Positions 19,491 to 29,023 of a DNA stretch of 64,000 nt are shown here, one piece after another. This DNA is from an uncultured Acidimicrobiia bacterium (GTDB lineage: Bacteria; Actinomycetota; Acidimicrobiia; IMCC26256; JAENVU01): NCBI GenBank assembly GCA_963835005.1, contig CAWIEA010000005.1:44069-108068 (forward strand), given 5' to 3'. Under the pieces are notes generated by a model that had not been told where the DNA came from, made no database searches, and saw only the letters and a list, made by a program, of their open reading frames with translations. The position numbers were made by a program, and so were the translations under genes. Numbering within the stretch: the stretch's first letter is position 1; every line of letters begins with the position of its first letter.

Positions 19491-21221
19491 TCAGTAGGCG
19501 GGCGAGTCGAGCACCGAGAACGAGTCGCGGGGCACGTGCCGGCGGAGTCGCCAGATCGATCCGCGCGTGCCCGCGACCGTCGTGCGGGGCGTCGGGTGGA
19601 AGCCATCGCCCGCGAGCATCGCCTCGGCCGCGAATCCCGAGACGATCGTCGGGATCCGGTCGACCCGCGGCCGCTCGACGCGGAAGACGTAGGCCCACGG
19701 GCCGCGCGCCTCCGGCCGGAACTCGGCCGCCAGCGGCAGACCGACTGCGGCGCCGTTCTCGCGGAGCCATGTCGCGAGGCCGATCGGCCCACGCCGGCCC
19801 GGGCCCGTCAACACGAGGAAGTCGCCGTGTTCGACGGAGCTACGGAGCGACGCGCGGGTCACGGTCTGATAGCCGTCGCCACGGATGTCGATCGCCACTG
19901 CCGAGGCGAGGTCCGGCGCCCGCTGCGTCGTCCGGAAGCCGAGATCGTGGAGCACGGCGTCGCCGTCGAGTCGTACCCACAGGGGGGTGCGGAACTTGAA
20001 GGTGGTCACGACGTCAGGAGTGCCGTCACGGGCGCTGAGCCAGTGGGACAGCTCACGGTCCAGCCCCGGAACCGCGGAGTCCAGCTCGAGGCGGCTCTGG
20101 GTGAGCATGACCGGCACCGCCATGACCGCGACCGCCCCGACCACGAGCGGCACTGCGACCAGGCGCCGCGGCTCGTCGCCGAAGCGTCGGACGACCCTCG
20201 CGATCACGTCCGTCGCGGCGACTCCGACGGCGATGCACGACAAGAGCGCGATCGGCACGAACTGGCGGAGCGCGAGCTCGTCGAACCACGCGATCGCGGT
20301 CGCGGGCACGAACGCGAGCGCGGCGAGCCCGAGGAGCCGGGCCCGGGGCTCGCGGTGACGCCACACCGCGAGCAGCACCCAGCCAAGCACCCAGACCGAG
20401 AGCAGCAACCACGCCGAACCGTCCAGCGACCAGCTGCGCGGGACGCCCCGCTTGGCCGCCTGCCGGAGCCCTTGCAACGGGAAGACCTCACCGTCGATCA
20501 CGAGCACCACGACGAACCACCAGCTGACGGTGACCGCGAACGCGGTGACGTAGCGGGCGGCGAATCGCCACCAGGCATCGCCGCGCAGCACCCCGACGTA
20601 GGCGAGCGGCAGGAGCACCAGCGGCGCAGACGTCTCCTTGATCAGGAGCGCGAGCCCGGCCACGACGCCGCCGACGATCGCACGACGCGTCGTGGGAGTG
20701 TCGACCACGAGGAGCAGCGAGACGACGCAGCACGCCAGCGCGGTGTCGATCCGAGTCGTCGGGACGATCGTCCAGACGACCGGCGTCGCGAGCAGCACGG
20801 CGGCGGTGGCGACCGCCGCCCACCCGCGCGCGATCCGGGCCGCGACGATCGTCGCGAGCCCGAGCGCGGCCGTAGCGAGAGCCCAGCCGAGGATCCGCGA
20901 TCCGAGGAACGGGTCGCTCCCCCCGACGAGCGACGCACCTCCGGTGAGGAACGGGTACACCCAGGACCGGATCGTGTAGGTCGAGCCGTCGATGAACACC
21001 GGCGCATGGAGCCGCCACAGCTCGCGTCCGACATGGATGTAGGCGGCGTCGTCGGCGGCGACGAGATCGAAGCCGTGCGCGACGACTCGGGCGACGGACA
21101 CGATCACCAGCACCGCGACAGCCAGCGCCGGCGCGAGCTTCTCGACGCGCTCCCGGCGCCATGCCTCCGGGGACTCCGGCGAGGAGGCGGCCGCGGATCC
21201 GACCTGTTGCCCCGGCTGCAT
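19491..21221 (-). CDS. polytopic GT-C-type (GT39/ArnT-like) glycosyltransferase-like membrane protein
   Basis: ORF 19491..21221 is intact at 576 aa. It has about 11 hydrophobic spans followed by a ~200-aa soluble C-terminal domain. The family assignment rests on architecture only. Confidence 0.55.
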   Translation of the reverse strand: MQPGQQVGSAAASSPESPEAWRRERVEKLAPALAVAVLVIVSVARVVAHGFDLVAADDAAYIHVGRELWRLHAPVFIDGSTYTIRSWVYPFLTGGASLVGGSDPFLGSRILGWALATAALGLATIVAARIARGWAAVATAAVLLATPVVWTIVPTTRIDTALACCVVSLLLVVDTPTTRRAIVGGVVAGLALLIKETSAPLVLLPLAYVGVLRGDAWWRFAARYVTAFAVTVSWWFVVVLVIDGEVFPLQGLRQAAKRGVPRSWSLDGSAWLLLSVWVLGWVLLAVWRHREPRARLLGLAALAFVPATAIAWFDELALRQFVPIALLSCIAVGVAATDVIARVVRRFGDEPRRLVAVPLVVGAVAVMAVPVMLTQSRLELDSAVPGLDRELSHWLSARDGTPDVVTTFKFRTPLWVRLDGDAVLHDLGFRTTQRAPDLASAVAIDIRGDGYQTVTRASLRSSVEHGDFLVLTGPGRRGPIGLATWLRENGAAVGLPLAAEFRPEARGPWAYVFRVERPRVDRIPTIVSGFAAEAMLAGDGFHPTPRTTVAGTRGSIWRLRRHVPRDSFSVLDSPAY

Positions 21222-21319
21222 AGCGCCCGGAGTCTATGGGCGCGCCCACCCGAACCCGCCGCGACCGGTGCCCGGTCACGGTTCACCGGAGGTTGCGTCG
21301 GTAGTGTGGGTCCCTCGTC

Positions 21320-21885
21320 ATGGGCCGCTGGATTCGCTGGACCGTGCTCGCGCTCGTCGTGGTCGTGGTGACCGGGACCGTGATCCTCGTGATCACCGTC
21401 CGGCCCGGGCTCCAGGACGATGCCCAGGAGGTTCGGCGCACGTGGAAGCCGCTCCTCCAGCCGCTCGCGACCCGGTACCTGGCGCTGAAGGGCGTCGAGA
21501 GCACGCTGACGGCGGCCGGGAACGGCGACCGGAAGCTCACCGTCGACCTGCGCCGGACGCTGAGCGACTGGGATCTGCTCCAGTCGACCAGTGACGACGC
21601 CACCCAGTCGCGCACGGCCGACGAGCTCGAGAGCCTGGCGTCGCACGTGCGCGCGCGACGGTCGCCGCGTCGCCCCGCCTGAAGCCGAACGCGACGCTGA
21701 ACCAGGCGATCACCACGTTCGACGCGGCAAAGGTGTCGCCGGTGCTCGTGGAGCGCTACAACGACTCGGTGCTGACCTACGAGCGCAATCGGGACGGGAT
21801 GCTGCGCGGCATCGTCGCGAACCTCGACGGGTACGAGCCCCACCCCACCCTGCAGCTCTCGACCCCGCCGGCGACGACGCCGTGA
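21320..21885 (+). pseudogene. membrane-anchored hypothetical protein (weakly LemA-like), frameshift near 21650
   Basis: ORF 21320..21682 starts MGRWIRWTVLALVVVVVTGTVILV... It continues one frame back as ...AASPRLKPNATLNQAITTFDAAKVSPVLVERYNDSVLTYERNRDGMLRGIVANLDGYEP...stop at 21883-21885, overlapping the purK GTG. Confidence 0.45.
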
Positions 21886-22998
21886 CCGACGCGCAGGGGC
21901 GTCCGCTCGTCGCGGTGCTGGGGGGCGGGCAGCTCGGGCGGATGCTCGGGTTGGCGGGCATCCCCCTCGGGGTCCGGTTCCGGTTCCTCGACCCCTCCCC
22001 CGTCGCGCCCGCGCGGGCCGTCGGCGAGCTCGTCGTCGGCGCGCTCGACGACGAGGCCGCGCTGCTGCGGACCGTCGAGGGCGCAGACGTCGTGACCTAC
22101 GAATGGGAAGGCGTCCCCGCCGACGCGGCGCGCCTGCTCGAAGCGCGTGGACACACCGTGCGCCCGTCGACGGCCGCGCTCGAGGCGTCCCAGGACCGCC
22201 TGACGGAGAAGACGACCTTCCGCGAGCTCGGCATCCCCGTGTTCCCGTTCGCCGCGGTCGACGATCTCGACGGGCTGCACGCCGCGGTCGCCGGGATCGG
22301 GCTCCCCGCGGTGCTGAAGACCCGTCGGGGCGGCTACGACGGCAAGGGCCAGGCGGTGCTGCGCGAGCCCGGCGACGTCGAGCCCGCGTTCGCGGAGCTG
22401 GAGGCCGGCGGGCCGTTGATCCTCGAGGCCTTCGTGCCGTTCGACCGCGAGGTGTCCGTGCTCGCGGTGCGCAAGCCCGACGGTCACATCCACGTCTGGC
22501 CGCTGGTCGAGAACCACCACGAGGGCGGGATCCTGCGGGTGTCGATCGCACCGGTGACCGACGCGGAGGACGAGCTCCAGGTCGTCGCCAACGGCTACGT
22601 GACGAAGCTGCTCGAGCACTTCGAGTACGTGGGGGTCATCGCGGTCGAGCTGTTCGAGGTCGACGGCACGCTCGCCGCGAACGAGATGGCACCGCGCGTG
22701 CACAACTCGGGGCACTGGACGATCGAGGGCGCGGTCACGAGCCAGTTCGAGAATCATCTCCGCGCGGTGCTCGGCTGGCCGATCGGCTCGGCCCGGGCCG
22801 TCGGCGTCGAGCGCGATGGTGAACGCGATCGGCGCGCTGCCCGACCGCGACGAGGTGCTCGCGGTTCCGGGCGCGCACTTCCACGACTACGAGAAGGCCC
22901 CGCGTCCCGGCCGCAAGGTCGGCCACGTCACGGTCACCGCCGAGGACACCGACGACCTCGACGCCCGCCTCGCCGCCCTCCCCGACTTCCGCGGCTGA
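21882..22998 (+). pseudogene. purK: 5-(carboxyamino)imidazole ribonucleotide synthase, frameshift near 22810
   Basis: It starts from GTG 21882 inside ORF 21591..24257: VAVLGGGQLGRMLGLAG...ATP-grasp (LKTRRGGYDGKGQ...EMAPRVHNSGHWT...FENHLRAVLGWP). The C-terminus is in ORF 22816..22998 (MVNAIGALPD...YEKAPRPGRKVGHVTV). Confidence 0.85.
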
Positions 22999-23007
22999 CC
23001 CTCACTG

Positions 23008-23057
23008 GTTTCGGTGTCGAATTCGGTCGCTCTGGCGACGGATTCCGACACCGAAAC
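23008..23057. terminator. TTTCGGTG...CACCGAAA palindromic element, copy 2
   Basis: GTTTCGGTGTCGAAT (23008-23022) pairs with ATTCCGACACCGAAAC (23042-23057): 12 bp perfect, then a bulge, then 3 bp. There is an inner GTCGC-TCTG-GCGAC hairpin. The element lies between the convergent stops of purK (22998) and the CoA-transferase (23070). Confidence 0.7.
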
Positions 23058-23069
23058 GAGCCCGAAGGG

Positions 23070-24212
23070 CTACTTGATGGCGCCGGACTCCTTGAGCTTC
23101 GCGATGCGGTCGGCCGCGAAGCCCCAGTCGGCGAGCACCTCGTCGGTGTGCTGGCCGGGCCACGCCGCGGGACGGGACACCGCGCCCGGCGTCCGGCTGA
23201 AGCGCGGCGCGGGGGCGGGCTGCAGCAGCCCGCCGTCCTCGATGATCGTGTTGCGCGCCTTCATGTGCGGGTGCTCGGCCGCCTCGGACATCGTCAGCAC
23301 CGGCGCGAAGCAGGCGTCGGTCATCTCGAGCACCTCGCACCACTCGTCGCGTGTCTTCGTCTTGAACAGCGCGGTGAGCTTGTCGCGGAGCTCGGGCCAC
23401 GAGGACGGGTCCATCTGCCGGCCGAGGTCGACGTCGTCCGCGATCCCGAGCCGGTTGACGAGCTCGGCGTAGAACTGCGGCTCGAGCGATCCGAGCGAGA
23501 CGAACTTGCCGTCCGAGGTCTCGTAGGTGTCGTAGAACGGCGCGCCGGTGTCGAGCACGTTGGTGCCGAAGTCGCCCCAGATGCCGAGGGCCTGGAAGCC
23601 CCAGATCATCGTCATGAGGATCGCGGAGCCGTCGACCATCGCCGCGTCGATCACCTGGCCCTGCCCCGACCGGCCGGACTCGACGAGCCCGCACGCGACG
23701 CCGAACGCCATCAGCATCCCGCCGCCGCCGAAGTCGCCGACGAGGTTGATCGGCGGGGTCGGCTTCGTGCCGGCCCGTCCGAAGTGCGCGAGCGCGCCAC
23801 CGAGCGCGATGTAGTTGATGTCGTGGCCGGCCGCCTGCGCGTACGGGCCGTCCTGGCCCCACCCGGTCATGCGGCCGTAGACGAGCTTGGGGTTGCGGGC
23901 GAGGCAGTCGTCGGGCCCGATGCCGAGCCGCTCCGCCACGCCGGGCCGGAAGCCCTCGATCAGCGCGTCGGCCTGCTCGACCAGCGCCATCACCGTCTCG
24001 ACGCCGTCGGGCGACTTCAGGTCGACGCCGATCGAGCGCCGGCCCCGGTTCAGGATCTCGAGGTTCTGCTTCGAGAAGTCGCTGCCGACGGCCCCGGCAC
24101 GGTCCACCCGGACCACCTCGGCGCCCATGTCCGCCAGCATCATCGCGGCGAACGGGCCGGGCCCGATCCCGGCGATCTCGATGACCTTGATGCCCGAGAG
24201 CGGTCCCGACAC
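23070..24212 (-). CDS. family III CoA-transferase (CaiB/BaiF), alpha-methylacyl-CoA racemase-like
   Basis: This is the C-terminal two-thirds of ORF 23070..25001 from GTG 24212: [36 protein letters not shown]...[10 protein letters not shown]...EGFRPGV...[11 protein letters not shown]... Confidence 0.85.
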   Translation of the reverse strand: MSGPLSGIKVIEIAGIGPGPFAAMMLADMGAEVVRVDRAGAVGSDFSKQNLEILNRGRRSIGVDLKSPDGVETVMALVEQADALIEGFRPGVAERLGIGPDDCLARNPKLVYGRMTGWGQDGPYAQAAGHDINYIALGGALAHFGRAGTKPTPPINLVGDFGGGGMLMAFGVACGLVESGRSGQGQVIDAAMVDGSAILMTMIWGFQALGIWGDFGTNVLDTGAPFYDTYETSDGKFVSLGSLEPQFYAELVNRLGIADDVDLGRQMDPSSWPELRDKLTALFKTKTRDEWCEVLEMTDACFAPVLTMSEAAEHPHMKARNTIIEDGGLLQPAPAPRFSRTPGAVSRPAAWPGQHTDEVLADWGFAADRIAKLKESGAIK

Positions 24213-24283
24213 GTCATTCCCCCACTGGCTCGATGTTGCGAATCCGGCCGACGTTAGGCCGCGCCCTCGGGAGGGACGCCAGA

Positions 24284-25206
24284 TCAGAACGCGAGCTGGA
24301 GGCCGGGACGCGGCCACGGGATCGGACGCCAGCTTCCCGGTCGCGGAGAACGTGCAGAACGCGGTCTGCAGGCTCTCGCCGCCGAAGCACACGTTCGTGA
24401 CCATGAGGTCCGGCAGCGGCACGTGCTCGGGGTCGCCACCGTCGGCCGGCATCACCGTGAGGCCGCCGTTGACGAGCGTGCCGACGACGACGTTCCCGCC
24501 CGAGTCGACCGCGAGCGAGTCGAGCAGCTGCATCCCCGGCAATCCGTGGAGCAGGAGCCCGCCGTTCCCGACCGGGCTCGGCTTGCCGACCTTCCCCGGG
24601 CCCTCGACCGGCCACCAGTAGACGCGGCCGGTGTGCGTCTCCGCGACGTAGACCCGGTCACCCTCCGGTGAGAGCCCGATCCCGTTCGGCGACTCCATCG
24701 GGTAGATCACCTCGGTGATCGACGAGCCGTCGGGCGCGGCGTAGTAGACGCCGCCGTGGTCACGCTCCCGGGCGCGGATCTTGCCGTGGTCGGTGAACCA
24801 CATCCCGCCCTGCCCGTCGAAGACGAGGTCGTTCGGACCCATGAGCGGGTTGCCGTCGCACTCGGTGTAGAGGACGGTGACCTCACCGGTCGCGAGGTCG
24901 ACGCGCTCGATGCGGCCACCCGTGTAGTCCTCGGGCTGCTCGATCTCCGTGATGGTGAGACCCATCAACTCGTGGAAGCCGAATCCCCCGCTGTTGCACA
25001 CGTACCCCGCGCCATCGGGACCGATCGCGAGACCGTTCGGGCTGCCGCCGGGCGTCGGCGACGGTCTCGATCATCCCGTCGGGGTGCACGCGGTCGACCG
25101 TGCGGCGCTTCAGCTCGACGCAGAGCACCGTGCCGTCGGGCATCCACACCGGACCCTCCGGGAATTCCAGACCGGTCGCGATCTCGGTGACGGCGGGCTC
25201 GGCCAC
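24284..25206 (-). pseudogene. SMP-30/gluconolactonase/LRE family protein, two frameshifts (about 24318 and 25055)
   Basis: The N-terminus is in ORF 24883..25245 (VAEPAVTEIATGLEFPEGPVWMPDGTVLCVEL...). The middle is in ORF 23070..25001 (GYVCNSGGF...[16 protein letters not shown]...[19 protein letters not shown]...TNVCFGG). The natural end [12 protein letters not shown]-stop (TGA at 24284-24286) is in a third frame. Confidence 0.75.
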
Positions 25207-25301
25207 GGTTCCCCCCGGGTGGATCGCGACGCGACGGCCGCGCACCGTAGCCCGGCGCGCTCACCTTGCGCCCCGACGACAGGTCAAGTCGAATGCGCCA
25301 C

Positions 25302-26335
25302 ATGAAGCTGCGCCTGGAACCGTCCGATGAGCTCATGCACCCGCTGGAGACCGCGGAGAACTTCAACGAGAGCATGTACTTCAACGTGTACGACCCGAAC
25401 GAGCGCGTCGGCGGGTTCTTCCGGCTCGGCAACCGCGCCAACGAGGGCTACGCGGAGATGACGACGTGCATCTACCTGCCCGACGGTCGCGTCGGCTTCA
25501 TGTTCGGTCGTCCCGAGATCGAGAGCAACGACGCGTTCGACGCGGGCGGCATGAAGTTCGAGGTGATCGAGCCCTTGGTCGAGCTGCGGGTGACGTACTC
25601 CGGCAAGGTCGTCATGCTCGACGAGCCGCTGCAGATGGCGGACCCCCGCAAGGCCTTCACCGAGAACCCCTGGGTGGACTGCACGCCGACCTCTCGTACC
25701 GCGGCCTCGTGAAGGCGTTCGGCGGCGAGCCGGTCAACGACGACGGCAGCCCGCTCATGGAGGACCTGTCCGGCGGCTTCGCCCGGGGGCACTACGAGCA
25801 GCACGTCGGGCGCGGGGCGTCATCCGCGTCGGCGACGAGGAGTGGGAGATCGACGGCCACGGGCTTCGCGACCACTCCTGGGGTCCGCGCTACTGGCAGG
25901 CGCCGTGGTACTACCGGTGGCTCACGATGAACTTCGGCGAGGACGCCGGCTTCGTGGTGTCGGTCATCACCGCGAAGGACGGCTCCGAGCGCGTCGGCGG
26001 CGTCGCGTTCGAGAACGGCGAAGTACACGCACATCACCGAGGCGTCGATCGAGACCGACTGGCAGGGTGACGACCAGTACCACGAGGAGATGCGGATCAC
26101 CGCGAAGGCGGGCGACCGCACGTACGAGATCACCGGCAGCGTGCTCAGCATGATCCCGCTGCGGAACCGGCGGAAGACCCCCGAAGGTGAGCAGCTGGTC
26201 ACCCGCATCTCCGAGGGCATGACCGAGTGGAAGTGGGACGGGAAGTCCGGGTACGGCCTGTCGGAGTACCTCGACCAGATCGTCGACGGCGCGCCGGTCG
26301 GCGCGCGCGTCCCGGTCGCAGCGGCTCACTCGGTA
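25302..26335 (+). pseudogene. conserved hypothetical protein of acyl-CoA-metabolism neighbourhoods, at least three frameshifts; 3' end undefined
   Basis: A coherent reading needs frames 0>2>1>2: MKLRLEPSDELMHPLETAENFNESMYFNVYDP...GGMKFEVIEP (ORF 25266..25712), then ...LSYRGLVKAFGGEP...FARGHYEQHV (ORF 25466..25930), then IRVGDEEWEIDGHGLRDHSWGPRYWQAPWYYRWLTMNFGEDAGF, then KYTHITEASIETDWQGDDQYHEEMRITAKAGDRTYEITGSVLSMIPLRNRR...GYGLSEYLDQIVDGAPVG (ORF 26090..). No in-frame stop lies near the expected end. Confidence 0.55.
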
Positions 26336-26340
26336 CTCCT

Positions 26341-26751
26341 TCATCGATCGCGGTGCGGAACCGCTCGATCACCTTCACGAGGAGCTTGTAGGCGATCGAG
26401 CCGTCGGCCTTCAGCAGCGGACGGAAGTTCCACTCCGCGATCGACCACGTCTTCATCGGCTCGCACGCGATCACGTCGCCGAGCGCGGGCAGCCGTCGAT
26501 GAGCGACAGCTCGCCGAAGTAGTCGCCCGGCTCGAGCGCGACCGTCCGGCCTCCGCGCACGACCTTCGCGAGCCGGACTCGATCACGTGGAAGCGCCCGC
26601 CGGGCGTGCCCTCCTCGGTGACCTCCTCGTCCTCCGAGAATTCGAGCGGCTTCGCGAGCGCGACCACCTTGCGGAGCTCGACCGGCGTGAGGTCGACGAA
26701 GAGGTCCACCTGCGCGAGCAGCTCCACCGGCGGCTGGATTTGCGGCGTCAC
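26341..26751 (-). pseudogene. cyclic-nucleotide-binding (cNMP) domain protein, two to three frameshifts
   Basis: ORF 26341..26751 starts MTPQIQPPVELLAQVDLFVDLTPVELRKVVALAKPLEFSEDEEVTEEGTPGGRFHVIESG. It continues in other frames as AKVVRGGRTVALEPGDYFGELSLIDGCPRSAT, then VIACEPMKTWSIAEWNFRPLLKADGSIAYKLLVKVIERF (ORF 26199..26474). Confidence 0.65.
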
Positions 26752-26802
26752 CTCGGTCGGAGGCTACCGGCGGGCGTGAGCTGCCCGCCTAGGTTGACCG
26801 CC

Positions 26803-27793
26803 GTGGCCCCCCGGACCCTCGACGCCGAGCGACTCGCCGCGACCTGCGCGCGCCATCTCGGTGGCGCGGTGACCGTCGAGGGCCTGCGTCGGCTCTCGGG
26901 TGGAGCGTCGCGCGAGAGCTGGTCGTTCGACGCGGTGATCGACGGCGGGGCGCGGCAGGGGCTCGTGCTGCGCCGCGACCCGGGGTCGACCGTCGGGTCG
27001 TCCGAGCGCTCGACCGAGTACCGCCTGCTGGAGGCTGCGGCGCGGCGCAGGCGTGCCGGTGCCGACGGTCCGGTTCCTGCTCGAGCCCGATGACGACATC
27101 GGCGACGGCTTCGTCATGGACCGCATCGACGGCGAGACGATCCCGCGCCGGCTCCTCCGCGACGACGGGTACGCCGCGGCGCGCGACGTGCTCGTCGGCC
27201 AGTTCGGCGCGATCGCGGCGCAGATCCACGCGGTCGACGTCGCCACGCTGCCGAAGATGGCCGGGCTCGGTCCGCTCGAGCAGATCGACGCAGTACCGCG
27301 GGCTCCTCGACCTGCATGGGCGAGCCGCACCCCGCGTTCGAGCTCGGGCTGCGCTGGCTCGAGGACCGGGTCGCCGGCGCCGGACGCGGCGAGCCGCGGC
27401 TGGTGCACGGCGACTACCGGAACGGCAACTTCATCGTCGGGCCGGAAGGCATCCGGTCGGTGCTCGACTGGGAGCTCTCGCACCTCGGCGACCCGGTCGA
27501 GGACCTGGGCTGGCTGTGCGTGAAGTCGTGGCGGTTCGGCGTGCTCGACAAGCCGGCGGGCGGGTTCGGGTCGGCCGACGCGCTGCTCGAGGCGTACGCC
27601 GCGGCCGGCGGCGGCGACGGTGTCGATGGAGCACCTGCGCTACTGGGAGACGTTCGGCACGCTGAAGTGGGGCGTGATCTGCGAGATGCAGTGCTTCAGC
27701 CACCTCCAGGGCCTCGTCCGTTCGGTCGAGCTCGCCGCGCTCGGCCGCCGCATCGCCGAGACCGAATGGGACCTGCTGGAGCTGATCGCATGA
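26803..27793 (+). pseudogene. phosphotransferase (APH/choline-kinase-like) family protein, at least three frameshifts
   Basis: GTG 26803 lies 7 nt after a TAGGTT -10. The pieces are LRRLSGGASRESWSF...STEYRLLEAAA, then VPVPTVRFLLEPDDDIGDGFVMDRIDGETIPRR..., then QYRGLLDLHGEPHPAFELGLRWLED...LVHGDYRNGNFIV...VLDWELSHLGDPVEDLGW, then MEHLRYWETFGTLKWGVI...LLELIA-stop. Together they span ORFs 26587.., 27053.. and 27316.. plus a short frame-2 piece. Confidence 0.75.
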
Positions 27794-28139
27794 CGCTGCA
27801 CGACCGCCCCACCGCGACCGAGCTCGTCGCCGCGGTGCGCGAGTACCTGGAGCGCGACGTCGATGACCGCGACCGAGGGCCGGGTCGCGTTCCATGCGCG
27901 GGTCGCCGTCAACGTCCTGGGCATGGTGGAGCGCGAGCTCGAGCTCGGCGCGGCTCAGGACGCCGAGGAGCACGACCGGCTCGTCGAGCTGCTCGGACGC
28001 GACGGCACGGTGCGCGAGCTCACCGAGGTGCTGGCCACGCGGCATCCGCGACGGCAGCCTGGACATCCCGTGGCCGGACACCGTCGCCGCGGTCCGCGAG
28101 ACCGTGCGGGCGAAGCTCGAGGTCGCCAACCCCCGCTAG
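27790..28139 (+). pseudogene. DUF6285-like small protein, two frameshifts
   Basis: The ATG overlaps the upstream stop (ATGA). MTLHDRPTATELVAAVREYLERDV is followed by TATEGRVAFHARVAVNVLGMVERELELGAAQDAEEHDRLVELLGRDGTVRELTEVLATR and then IRDGSLDIPWPDTVAAVRETVRAKLEVANPR (ORF 27894..28139). Confidence 0.6.
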
Positions 28140-28165
28140 CTGGATCGAGCCCCGAAGGAGCGCAC

Positions 28166-28950
28166 GTGAGGATCGCGACGTGGAACGTCAACTCGCTGAA
28201 GGCACGGATGCCGCGGGTCGAGGAGTGGCTCGAATATGCGCAGCCCGACGTCCTCGCGATGCAGGAGACGAAGCTGAAGGACGAGGCGTTCCCGAGCCTG
28301 GCGTTCTCCGGGCTCGGCTACGACAGCGTCCCGCACGGGCACAACCAGTGGAACGGCGTCGCCATCTTGTCGAAGGTCGGGATCGAGGACGTGACGACGC
28401 GGCTTCGACTCGGAGAGCGTGGACCCGTACGAGGGAGACGCCCGGGTCATCGCCGCGAAGTGCGGCGACGTCAACATCGTCTGCGTCTACGTGCCGAACG
28501 GCCGCGAGGTCGGGACCGAATTCTACGACCGCAAGCTCGTCTGGTTCGAAGTGCTCCACGACTGGATCGCGAAGACGTACTCCCCGGAGGACCCACTCGT
28601 CGATCCTCGGCGACTTCAACGTCGCGCCCGAGGACCGCGACGTGTGGTCGCCGAAGGCGTTCGTCGGCGCGACGCACGTGACGAAGCCGGAGCGCGCGGC
28701 GGTGCAGAAGCTCGAGCAGTGGGGCCTCGTCGACGGGTTCCGGACGCAGTACCCGGACACCGACAAGCTCTTCACCTACTGGGACTACCGCGGCGGCGAC
28801 TTCCACAAGCACAAGGGCATGCGCATCGACCTCATGCTCGTGACGCAGCCCGTCGCCGAGCGGATCACCTGGGCGACGATCGACCGCAACGCCCGCAAGG
28901 GCAAGGGCCCGTCGGACCACACCCCGCTGATCGTCGACCTGGCCGACTGA
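28166..28950 (+). pseudogene. xthA: exodeoxyribonuclease III, two frameshifts (about 28400 and 28600)
   Basis: VRIATWNVNSLKARMPRVEEWL...DVLAMQETKL...NGVAILSK is followed by DPYEGDARVIAAKCGDVNIVCVYVPNG and then ILGDFNVAPEDRDVW...YWDYRGG.F.KHKGMRIDL...SDHTPLIVDL. The pieces lie in three ORF-track frames. Confidence 0.85.
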
Positions 28951-28966
28951 CCCGAGCCGGAGCCAC

Positions 28967-28992
28967 GTCGGCCGTCGGCCGTCGGCCGTCGG
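28967..28992. repeat. tandem heptanucleotide repeat (GTCGGCC) x3.7
   Basis: Read directly: GTCGGCC GTCGGCC GTCGGCC GTCGG. It lies between the xthA stop and the -10 (TAGCGT, 29011-29016) of the downstream dehydrogenase. Confidence 0.8.
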
Positions 28993-29023
28993 AGATCTTC
29001 GACCACGGCGTAGCGTGCCGTGC

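Noticed and set aside
16963-19497. Very long ORFs on the strand opposite to, or out of frame with, good genes. Examples: 16963..19497 (844 aa), 19536..21371 (611 aa), 36122..38713 (863 aa), 6553..7842, 21283..22551, 11109..12044 and 52409..53689.
   Set aside because: Their translations are Arg/Pro/Ala/Gly-rich with no recognisable motifs. Each lies antisense to, or frame-shifted over, a gene with clear family signatures. Stop-poor alternative frames are expected at ~72% GC.
25263-25288. A possible third copy of the CTTGACCG-NN-CGGTCAAG operator upstream of the gene at 25302.
   Set aside because: Only the right half (GGTCAAG) is present. The left half is CTTGCGCC and the spacing is 6 nt longer, so it is not a palindrome. 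I mention it only as a related promoter layout.
28967-28992. The short tandem repeat, considered as a CRISPR array or minisatellite.
   Set aside because: It has a 7-nt unit, under 4 copies, no spacers and no cas genes, so it is far too small to be a CRISPR array. I report it only as a simple repeat.
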